Notes under the pieces: generated by a model
What the model saw: the letters and a program-made list of their open reading frames with translations, nothing else
Told to the model about the DNA's origin: nothing
Databases searched by the model: none
NCBI GenBank assembly: GCA_030390025.1
Contig: CM059426.1
Location: 176,328,001-176,392,000 of the forward strand
Source of the DNA: Squalus acanthias
Lineage: Eukaryota
Direction of reading: 5' to 3'
DNA length: 64,000 nt
Shown here: piece after piece, positions 53,746 to 64,000 of the stretch
Numbering within the stretch: the first letter of the stretch is position 1
How the letters are laid out: each line of letters opens with the position of its first letter
Made by a program: the position numbers and the translations under genes

Positions 53746-54400
53746 ACCTGGTTGGGGAGAGTGATAGAATTGCTGGTGAGGGTGCAGAGTTTGTGACTTC
53801 AGTCTTCCCAATGTTTAACTGGAGGAATTGCAGCTCAACCACACTGGATGTCAGACAGCACAGTGACGGCTGAGGGGTCGAGACAGCTGATGGAGAGGCA
53901 GAACTGGGTGTCATCATTGTACGTGTGGAAGCTGACCCTATGTCATGTCATGACAAGAGGGCCAAGGATAGATCCTTGGGGGACTCCAGAGGTAATGGTG
54001 CAGGGACCAGGAGAGAAGCCATTGTTGGAGATGCTCTGGCTGTGATTGGATAGGTTAAGAATGGAACCATGCGAGGGTAGTCCCACTCAGCTGGACAACA
54101 GAGGAGCGGCATTGGAGAAAGATGGTGTGGTCGACTGTGTCAAAGGCTGTTGGGAAGGATGAGCAAGTATAATATATCACAGTCACAGTGGATGTCATTT
54201 GTGACTTTGAGGGCTGGTTCATTGCTGTGGCAAGGGGTGGAAACCTGATTGGTGAGAATCAAACAGGGACTGGTGGGAAAGATGGGAGGTGAAAACACGT
54301 TCAAGTACTTTGGAGAGGGGACGGAGGTTGGAGATGGGGTGGAAGTTTGCAACTGCAGAGGTATTGAGGGTAGTTTTTTTGAGGAAGGGATAATGACGGT
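53746..54400 (-). mobile_element. L2-like LINE RT fragment
   Basis: Reverse strand gives SGVPQGSILGPL, FH.Y.DDTQ and FLQLNIGKTE motifs typical of L2. Confidence 0.7.
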
Positions 54401-55650
54401 GGAACTTACACTTAATATACAGGCAGAAGATCAGGCCTCAGGTTGTGCCTGTGCAACTTTATAGGTTTTAAGGCACAAAAAAAGGACGATAAAGTGTAAA
54501 CCAAGAATTGAAGTTCCAAGCAAAGTTTATAGCTTGAGCCAAAGGCCTCTGTTATTTATATTCTCATCTGGGTCAAAAATTAAGATGTCCCTGTAGTCAA
54601 TCTGCAAACATTTTTTGAGGGATTTCAATTGTTGGTTTAGTGGCACTTGCTGGCACTGGGGGATAAAATTAGTAAATTGATTAGTTAGTTTTGTGGTGGT
54701 TGCTCATGCTGATGGATAACTTTTCTTACCTGTCCAGCGAATGGAACTACATTTTGATTCACATTTAGGCAGTGGGATATTTGAGCCAATCAGCACAGTT
54801 AATAGGCAGTGGTTATTTGAACTAATCATAATTTTTTGCCCTATGGACATGTGACGACCTTATAGTCTGATTCGGTACGAAGTGTGCTGGATGCAAGAGT
54901 TTTATTGATATATCACTTTGAACCAAATTTCAATATTGATTTTGGTGGTGAAAATGGAAGAAACTAACTTGTCTCTTGATGAATGAAAGAAATTAATGTG
55001 GGTTGTTGGTGTTCAAAATGTTAAATATGTTATTCAAACTGAGTTTTACATTTCTATTATTCTTTAGTAAATTATATAGAAGCTAATAGTTATCTTGTAT
55101 GTGACTCATAGTCCGTGTACACAGGTGACAGAGTTACGTATATTCAATGCTGCCAGTAGGATAGTAGAGAGATGGCATTGAATTAAACACAGGATAATAG
55201 ATGGGTGACTGACTTTTAAATATAGGGGAATAGATGGCTGGCATTGAGTTATATGCTGGGGGGTAAATGGGTGGCACTGTGTTATATGTAGAATAATAGG
55301 TGGCATTGAATTACATCAGGGTCTCGGTTCTATATCTTTCTAGCTGCTACTCCTCTCTGAGCATCTGCATGATGTCTTGCACAGAGGAGTGCAAGGCACT
55401 ACATTACTTGACCAAGTATAAACCTGTGCCAAAGTTGGTCCTGCAGCAGCTCAACTGCAATGGAATCCCAACTCTGTTTTCAAATAGCAGTAACAATGGG
55501 AAATTGCTCTTTTAACAAAGGGGAAGTGATTGCATATGTTGTATAAACAGGATCTGAATGATTGCCAGTTTGAAACTCTTTTTATTCCACAGATGTGACT
55601 AATCTGTACAGCTCACTGTCTATTGCAGAATAAAATTCATATAAAATATT

Positions 55651-56401
55651 GGCACAGTTTTGCTGGAGTGGGGCATCTCAGTGTGCCCTGTTAGACTTGT
55701 TCTTGCATGTTTAGGTTTTAAAACATTTTGCCCACAAAGTTGCTGGAAGTGCGAGCTGATAATGGCGCACCGAGGGCAACAGGGCATCTAGGACCTTGGT
55801 GAACAATGGGACAAACAGTGTATCTCCTTAACCAATGAGATTAAAGGATTGAGAAATAAACAGAAGGACTGAGAAGGAGGATGAATTAAAGTGGATGAAT
55901 TCAATGTCAAATCAGGTACAGAAAGAGAAATAAAGAGAGGGAAAGAAAGATTAGATTAAGAGAGAGAGAGAGAGAGTAAAAAAGAGACAAATGTATGAAA
56001 ATAAAAAATTTAAATTTGACATTTTTTAAATCTCCCTTCAATTCACAACCTGAAGGAATGAGACTCCACACTTTTAATTGTTCACTTTCTGGGCCAGGGA
56101 GGTTGATTGGTAGTTTAATTAACAATTATCCCATCGTTAAGGGTACTTATGATGTTAATTAGTAGACTTAACTTTCTGTGGCGAATTTAATCAGAAATGA
56201 ATGTGCAAGTGCAGCAACTTCATGAAAATCACGGGGAGGTTAAGGGCGAGATGGCATTTTCGCGAACATAATAGTGGAGTGGCCAAATCGGCCAGTAACC
56301 TGTGGCGATTTGTAATTCACAGGCACCTCTTCCTCACTACAAGTTGCTGGCCGATATGCGCCGTTCACACGCCATTATTCTTTTCAGCAAATTCTAGGCT
56401 C
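55651..56401 (+). mobile_element. Harbinger-type MITE, second copy of the 50300 family
   Basis: Shared blocks e.g. AAGTTGCTGGAAGTGCGAGCTGATAA, GAATTCAATGTCAAATCAGGTACAGAA; termini GGCACAGTTTTGCTG / CAGCAAATTCTAGGC. Confidence 0.8.
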
Positions 56402-57674
56402 ATATCATTATTACTTACTGAATGTATCTCAAGATGATGTTGCATGTTTGCACAGACCAGAAGCGTGACTTGATTCTTAATGGTAATTTGCAAAACTATT
56501 TCAGTGACCTGTGACCAGTTGTAATCAATAAAGTGGATACTGATACTGTGCTTCTTGCAGCACACAGGAAAAGATTTCACTGATCTTTTTAGGTGCATAC
56601 TGGCATGGACCTCCAGAGCAATCAAAGCAACAGAACCTTTATTTCAGGATGTTGAAATATATTTTAACTATGATTTGTGTACACAAAGTACCTTACTGTA
56701 CTTGTGCTCCTGTGGTGTTTTAGGGTGGCACTGAGGTATCAAGAGCCAGATCTTTAGGCCATAGTTATGGTTCCCAAGGAGCCATTCAGTCTCTTTGTTG
56801 AAAGAGCATTGGCAAGATTGACTGAGTCACAATAAAGGAGCTGTGAGAGGAGCCAAAGAAGTTGGCAGTCACTTGCATGCTTTCATGCTTCATGTTGAAG
56901 GAATACTATCCTTTGTGATCAAGTATTATGCCTTCATGCTTGCCCAACACTCCAAGGACCCGGAGGAATCCAGTGACGGGCTAAAAACTGGTTATATCCA
57001 CTTCTCAGTAGGAGTCCATGCATCATTTCATCAAAATTGTACATTGTGTACTGTGCAGTGCCAGATGTTGGTGACGGCAACTCTAAAGATTTTTCAGCTT
57101 GTGGTTTTTCTCAACAGCTTCCTCTCTATTCTTCTCCGTATTCCTGTTCCTCTGCTGTTGTAACTGAAAGGGCTTGATTTTGCCAGGCACGAGGAGGCGG
57201 GTTTGGAGGCATGTGAGGTGGTAAAATCGCAAAAAATGGCGAGTGGCTCCGATCCCGCCTCCGAGCAATTTTCCCAGAATTGGGGTTTCAGACCCCGTTT
57301 CCAGGCGGGATAGGCCCTTAAGGCCCTTAACCACCACTTAACTGCCTCTATAATCCAATTTTGAGAGGCCTTTCTAATTTTTAGACATTTCCCTCATCCG
57401 ACACGCCTCCTCTGGAACACGCCAGTTAATCCTGGCGGCCTCACAAGTGGATTGCTTACTAACAGCTGCAGCTCCACCATTAAAAAGGAGTTTTCAGCAA
57501 TCATCATTTGCAGGTGGCAAAACTTTGTTGGCTCAGGTCTGGGGGAACTTTTAGCAGGCCTACTCATTGTTGTGGAAGTTTGGAGCCTGAGACCCATCTC
57601 CCATGTGACCTCCTGGGAAACCCCTCTCCCCACCTTGACTGAGCGCTTCCTCAACTGAGGTATATAGCAGAAGC

Positions 57675-57900
57675 ATGGGAACCATTTATTTCCTTTCCTC
57701 CTGGACATCAGATTTGGACGAAGACCAGCCGCGGCAGCAGCAGAACCCTGAACAACAGCACCACCAACAGCAGGAGCAACAACAGGAGCGCCAAGCTGCT
57801 GCTCACCCACCTGAAGCTGCACAGGCCAGAAGGCGCCAGCGCGCGACCACATTGCTGCCCGGGATGCAAGGGACGCACTCATGTTGGCCAGATTTACTTA
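57675..57900 (+). pseudogene. Possible N-terminal stub of the Harbinger transposase ORF (acidic, Gln-rich, then RRRQR)
   Basis: Lies convergent to the Myb gene near the left TIR, where the transposase normally sits; no DDE motifs follow. Confidence 0.35.
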
Positions 57901-58152
57901 GCCTGCACAATCAAACACTTTTGTCTCGCACCTTCTTACCAGAGCATCGACAATGGACAAGAACCTGCGGACTCCTATCACTCTGACCACCATACTGACA
58001 ATTGCAAGTCGCCCTAAGCCCTCAATGTGAAAGTCCCATTTGCGAAATGACACAGGCCACAACTTCAACAGTTTGCCATTAAATCTGTTTATGATACCAT
58101 GACAAGGATGGCTGGTCCAAATACAATACACCACAGCACCCTACCCTTGTGA

Positions 58153-60107
58153 CTACTTGTGCTTTATCTTCCTCTTACGCATGCTCTTACATGGTGCTTC
58201 CCCTGTGGCTTCAGCAGATGTGGAGGCCCCTTGCTCACTTTCTTGCTGCTCCTGTCTCGACGCCTTTGGCGGGCATCCTCTGGGGTTGTGAACCTGTGAG
58301 GGCTCGGCAACAATCTGCTTCTCCTGTGGCTGTGCAGGGTCTGAGACGCCCATCTCAGTTGGGTGAGGACTCTGGTGGGGCTCTGACCGAGGGCTTTGCA
58401 GTGGCATGGTTGTGTGAGCGCTTGGAGAGGAGCCCCCACTTCCTTGTTGTCTGCCACCAACATCCCTCTCATGGGTCAGCCCCACTTCAGAGCTAGCAAG
58501 TGGCTTGACAGCACCTTGCTGCACTGCAGGGGGGCCATGAGGACCCGTTTCTGCACTGGAAGTCCTACTCCGGAGGACTTCCATGAAGGTCTGGTTTCTC
58601 TGCTCAATAGCTGACCATCGCTCCTCAAGAGATGTCATTCTATTCTGAACAATGACCACGTTTTCAAGACCCTGGCGACTAAGCTCCTCCATGGCCGTAG
58701 CCAGCCTCTCCTCTACGGTAGCCAGCTTTACCACGGAGGTAGCCATCCTTTCCACGGAGGTTGCCATCCTTTCAGCGGTGATGCGTTCATGTGCCAATGC
58801 CTCCACAAAGGCTCTGCTCATGTTTGCGATGGACTCCTCCATGCGCTCCACACTCGCAGCGACCCTGGAGACAAAACCTGCCAGAGATTCCTGCACCTGT
58901 TCCTGGAGTTCCAGCACCGCTCTCCTTCTGGATGGACCCGGAGGCACAGGGTCGACATGCAGCTGAGCCGAGCTGGCAGAGTCCTGCGCCCTCCGACAAG
59001 GACTCTCCACTGCTGTCCCTGTCTCCACCATCTGCTGATGCTCACTTGTGAGCTGTGATACACCAGGTGCCAACACTACTCTATCTCGTGAAGGTCCCAC
59101 TGAGGTGTGAGTGTCTGCGCTGGTGCTGGGTGCGCTGAATTCTGCTGACGCTGCGCCCTCAGAGGATGCAGCTTCCTCTGAGGAGTCTGGAGGCTCAGGC
59201 TGTTCCTCCTGGACAGTGGGGACGGGGGCTATCGATGGTCCTGTGGGGAAGTAAAGGAAAGAGTTAGAGATGTGAGGTCAAGGTTACATGAACATTGAAT
59301 AGTGCAGATGATCATAATTCAATCTGTTAGAGCATCAAAATCATTATCAGTAACTCATGCAATGTCAATGAGAGAGATGCCAAACTATTCTGTTACCAGC
59401 TTGCTGTGATGCGCCCATCTGTTCGTCCCCCACTTGGGAATTGTCCTCGATTTCCAGGGCCGCCTCCTCCCAGGCGGTGAGCTGGGCTACTGAGGGTGGC
59501 CCTCCTCCTGTCATGGCTCTTTCCCTCTTATTGTGGGCTCTCTTTTCCTGCAATGAGGGACACAAGTGGAGTCTGAGTGAGAATGAACGAGTGAGTGTAG
59601 ATAATCCATAGCATAGATGCTTAGAAGGAGACAAAGGGCCCTCCCTGTGTGTTGTAAGTAGTTGTTGTTGTTGCATCACAGTGATAGGGAGTGAGGGCTA
59701 CATGGTTGAATAGTTAAGTGAATGTGACCATAGAGAGAGAGGGAATGGGTAAGGGTGCAGGGATGTCAGTGTCAAGTGGGATGTGGAGGAAGAGGTTGGC
59801 AAAGCAGAGTGCTGGTGAGGAGAGGCGATGGGGATCAGATTGAGGGTGATGGGGAAGTCATACTCACTTTTCCTGCGCGGAGAAGGTCATGAAACCTCTT
59901 CCTGCATTGCAGCCAGGTTCTGCGACTCGTCAATATGGAGTTGACCTCCTGGGCCACTTGCAGCCACACAGCTTTAGTCTGCTGGGGTGGCTTTTTTCTC
60001 CCTGAGGAAGGGAAGAGCACTTCCTTATTGGATCTTGCTCCCTCCACCAGAGCTTGGAGGGAGGGCTCATCGAAGCGTGGAGCACACTTTGGCCTACTGG
60101 TGGACAT
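58153..60107 (-). CDS. Three-exon Harbinger Myb/SANT-like DNA-binding protein, ~492 aa: join(60107-59868, 59547-59397, 59240-58153)
   Basis: ATG at 60107; APRFDEPSLQALVE...W..VA..VN....RTWLQCRKRFHDL trihelix Myb motif; GTGAGT/CAG phase 0 and GTAACA/CAG phase 1 introns; TGGGPP motif; no stops in the joined frame; basic C-terminus. Confidence 0.85.
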
Positions 60108-60825
60108 AGTCAATCAATGAAGTGCTTACTACAATGGCCATAAAGTTTGCAGTCTCCAGAAGAAGCAAGGCTGCTTGCAGGCCTTAAATCCAGTAGCATT
60201 GATGACGTCATCGGAGGCGACTTTCTGTATGAAAAGACTCATTGGGCCTGGGGTTCCCACACGCTGGAAATCAATTGCCCAATTAGGGGAAAATCGCACT
60301 TTTTCCCCACTTCACTTCGGAGTCGGGGTCCTGACACGAATGCCACCTGACACGCCCCAGCCCGCCCACACTGGCAAAATCGAGCCCATAGTATCACTAA
60401 TGCATGTGAGCACTGCACTGATGAAAAGATTCTGAACTCCGAAATGTGAGAGGGGATTGAGTATTTAATTGGAGAGTGGTATTTAAAACGACTTCAATTA
60501 TGACATAATTGCCTTGATTAGTATTTGAATCAATATAGAGTATTTCATGAAAGCTGTGGGAAATTTATTGGCTGTAATTACTGTAAGTGAGGAAATAGTG
60601 TGACAAAGATACCACAGTGAGCATGAAGTACAGTAATTACCCCAGTCAGGATAATCCAGCAGAATGTCTGCAGGTTTGATAATGTAAAAGGAGGAGAAGG
60701 GTGTCATTGTTGTTTCTTTGGAGAAGAATGGTGGTTTAAGGGCAGTATGGGGTTTTGGAACCTGAGTTCCATGCGCTGCCTGCCACTCTTCCCCAATGAA
60801 GCCTCATCCTGTGGTAAAGTTCTTC

Positions 60826-62810
60826 GGGGGAATTTTAACCCCGAGAGTAGGTGGGTTGGAAGCAGGTGGGGGGGTGGTTAAAACTTTTTGTGTTTTAGAG
60901 CAGGAGCACAACCTGGCTCCAACATGCCCACTTCTGGGTTTAACAGAGGCCCATTAGGATGCCGGCAAGAAACCTACTTGCCGAAGTCAGGATTTAATTG
61001 TTGGATGCGGGCGGGTACTTATTGGGGCTATTAATGTCTTTAGGAGATGCTAATGAAGCATTTTTAAATTGCTTTTAACTTGGCTCCAAATTTAACATGA
61101 GCAGCTTAGGTTTCCCGGGGCTCAGGAAACTGACCAGAGAAACGGAGGTGATTTTGAACATCAGTTCAAGTGGGTATTTAAACTTGTCATTGTCCCAACT
61201 GAATAAAAGCTCACTTATTGCAGCTGCTGTCTCCGTTCCCTCTGGCAAATGTTTGGCAGAGAGTGCTTGTGTGGATATAGCTTTTTTTCCAACTGTGGAG
61301 GATTTCAAAGAAACGAGAGCAAGATGTGAGGCACCTTGGATGTGTTTGACAACACATCAGAAGAGGAAGACCATCACCATCCACGGCAGTGCTGATGTGC
61401 TGTGGTGGGGTCAGCACCTGCAAAGGAGGGAGGTGCACAGGAGAGGGGCCGAGGTCAAATTTCTCGGATTTGGCTCTCTGGCTAGATTCCCAGGGTGCCA
61501 TCGACTGCACACACGTGGCTTCCTACTGCGTCTACGTGGTGCATCCTGTGTGGCTTCAGCAGAGGTAGAGGCAGGCTGCTCAGATCCCTGCTCTGACTGC
61601 TGAGATGCTCTTGGCCTTCGCCCTCTGGGTTTTGGAGTCTGTGAGGGCCCTGCCAAAGACTGCTGCACCTGCACCTGTGCAGGGGGCAGACTCGGCCATC
61701 GGGAGAGGAGGCAGCATGTCAGGTACTGGCGGTGGGGAGAGGGGCAACGAGTAAGAGGTGGGAGTGCTTTGAGTGGAGTTCCCACTTCCATGTCTCCTTT
61801 CACCATCCCTCTCCTGGGCCAGCGCCACATCATCCTACCATTCTGCTGCAAACCAGCTTGGTGGAGATCAGTGGCGCATCATAAGGCCATGGATACAATA
61901 TCTATCCTGTTTAAGGCAGCAGACATCTCCTGCATGGACGTGGTCATGACCTGCATGGACTCATTTGAGAGCCATGCTTGAAGCTCCACGGAGGCGGCCA
62001 CTCTCTCCATTGCAGACATTCTCTCAATTCCCTGCACCACAATCCATTAGCGATTGAGTTGGACTCCTCCACCTTGAGAGTGTGTGTGGCTCTTTTGTCA
62101 GTACCTGACTAAGTTTCTGATGCACCTCTAGCATTCTCCTTCTTAATATTAGCCCCTAGAGTTCAGCATCTGTGTCCAGCTGAGCAGAGCTTGGAGAGGA
62201 TTGTGCCCCACGACACGGACCCTCCACAGCTGTCCCTGCCATCAGGGTCTGCTCGTGCTCACTTGTGAGGTGTGAATCACCAGTTGGACCCACCGAAGTG
62301 TGAGTATCTGCGCTGGTGCATGGATGTAGGTGCATCCTCAGAAGGAATGAGGTCTTCTGAGGGATTATCCTCATGGATATCCTGCAACACTAGCTGTATG
62401 CGAGAAGGCTCTGGAAGACAAAAGAAAGGGATATGATATTAGTTGTGGTAAAGTCACAATCTTGACAATTACCATACTCTGTCTTCTCATCGTTCAGTCA
62501 TCGATGAAATAAAGTCGGCTTATGTGTGTCAGAGATATTTGTAATTCTGTCACCTGCTATCTGGGAGCTCCCTGTCTCTCCATCTCCGACTGAGAGGGAC
62601 ACAGATGTGCCACTTATCTCCAGGGACTCCTCCTCTGTATTAGTGAGCTGGACTATTTGTGATGGCCCACCTTCCTCTCCCTTGTGTTTTGCACACTCTT
62701 ATAAGGGGTGAAAAAACAGAACTGTGAGTGAAGGTGAGGTATTTACCCGATGGATGCAGTGCATTCGTGAGGGCGACTATGAAACAGATGCATCGTATTG
62801 CATAAGGATT
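60826..62810 (-). mobile_element. Second, degraded Myb-bearing Harbinger element (exon 2 and 3 remnants), cut by an LTR-like insertion
   Basis: Left end GGGGGAATTTTAACCCC; peptides ADTHTSVGP...LTSEHEQ..MAGTAVEGPCRGAQ and PRGRRPRASQQSEQGSEQPASTSAEAT match the 58153-59240 protein; stops and frameshifts. Confidence 0.75.
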
Positions 62811-64000
62811 TGTAGGTGGTTTGCCTTGGTGGTTCGAATCACCTCTCCTACTTAGTTCTCGACGACAGGAATTACGGTGAACAGGATTGGGACACAGACA
62901 AGCTTTTCGGACTCAACCGTACGGTGTTTAATAAGGTTAACATACACACCCGCCTCCAGTACGTAAAATGCCTGGTGGCGTAAAACAAACAGTACAACAA
63001 TACAACTTGGCCCGTCGAACAGGCCCCTGTCTCGTATTAAGACGCCTAAAATCACACTGTGTTGCTATACAGAGTATAACATGGACTTGTCCCACAAACC
63101 CCGGAACATACACTAGATAATACACACAGAACCTCCCCACTAAACCCCTCTGGATTGGTTGAGACACACAACACCCCCTCACACAGTACCGGTGGTCTTA
63201 AGGATGCGTGGGCTTGGACAATGCTCACCCCGATTGTCCGTTTTCTTGCTCGCTGCTCCCTTGTGTGGAACGTGTCTCCTGGTTCCGTATCGCCGATGCA
63301 GTATCCAAGTCCCAGTTTCGAGGTTCGTTCCTGCAGTCGAAGAGCAAGGCGAGGCTCTTGTCACTCGTGGTAGTTTCTTCTCTCCATCTCGGACGGAGTG
63401 CTCGGTTCTTGGTAGCAAGCGAGAGAGAGAGAGAGAGAGAAATGGCCAAAGCTGCCTTCTCTGTATACCCTAAAAGTTAATTCAAGTCTGTGTATTGCAG
63501 TGATGTCTTTTAAATCACCCTTCTTTGTCTGATTCCCTCCTTTTCGAGTCTGGGCCTTCCCCCAACTCTTGTATTCCAATACACACCCAGTAATCCAAAC
63601 CACAGGACATGTACAGGGCTGGGGGATGGAAGACAATTCCTTATCTTTATCTCCCCCTCCCTGTGGTACATATTTGATGTGATTTAGTCTTACTGCTGAT
63701 GTGTTTTGCCCAAGGTTAAAGTGTTTTTCATTGAGGCCAGGAAGTCCATTGTTCCAGCGAAACTGGCATCGTTGTCTTATCCATTGAAGATCCATCGAAA
63801 CCCATTAAAACACGAAGTCTCATTGTCCAAAGTTAAATCATCTATTCACCGTTAAATCACCCATCGAGACGCTCATTGTCCAAAGTAAATGTCTTTTCCA
63901 TAGTTAAATTGAAACTCACAGGTGTGTCTGTGCTTCTAGGTCCAACTGCACCACGCTCCTCTCACTGGGCCAAACAGGCTGCTGGTCCTTGGGGCCTGCG
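62811..64000 (-). mobile_element. Probable LTR of a retrovirus/LTR retrotransposon (runs off the window)
   Basis: Abrupt start TGTAGG (ACA-3' end on minus strand), minus-strand ATTAAA at 62927-62932, (CT)n tract near a TATA-like site at ~63465, short U3-like direct repeats CTCATTGTCCAAAGT at 63819 and 63872, CpG retained. Confidence 0.45.

Larger units (their letters stand above)
57170..60387. mobile_element. 3218-bp non-autonomous Harbinger element retaining an intact Myb/SANT gene
   Basis: 17-bp TIRs GGGCTTGATTTTGCCAG / rc GGGCTCGATTTTGCCAG (16/17); flanks AAA / ATA (TSD with one mismatch). Confidence 0.9.

Noticed and set aside
55155-55320. Degenerate ~33-bp tandem repeat (TGGCATTGAATTA-like)
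   Set aside because: Only about 5 decayed units, with no evidence of function
57675-57986. Gln-rich ORF as a host polyQ gene
   Set aside because: Lies inside the TIR-bounded Harbinger element and has no exon context

Overview
Eukaryotic (vertebrate, very probably cartilaginous-fish) genomic DNA lying entirely inside one large gene. Four + strand internal coding exons (492-548, 13292-13415, 33089-33344, 52223-52377; all AG/GT, phases compatible) encode the second half of the D1 AAA+ ATPase domain and the D1-D2 linker of AFG2A/SPATA5. The 13-20 kb introns are packed with repeats. These include nested CR1 LINEs (one near full length, with an esterase ORF1 and a 45-bp tandem array at its 5' end), a young RTE fragment with a 9-bp TSD, and L2 and other LINE fragments. 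There are also LF-SINE-like and DeuSINE-like SINEs, a Penelope-type remnant with a hammerhead-like core, a 5.5-kb G-rich minisatellite ending about 55 bp before an exon, and a probable LTR. At least nine PIF/Harbinger-type DNA elements are present. The most striking is a 3.2-kb TIR-bounded element that has lost its transposase but keeps an intact, three-exon, ~492-aa Myb/SANT + coiled-coil gene. Family names come from motif recognition and memory, not database searches; boundaries of old repeats are approximate.
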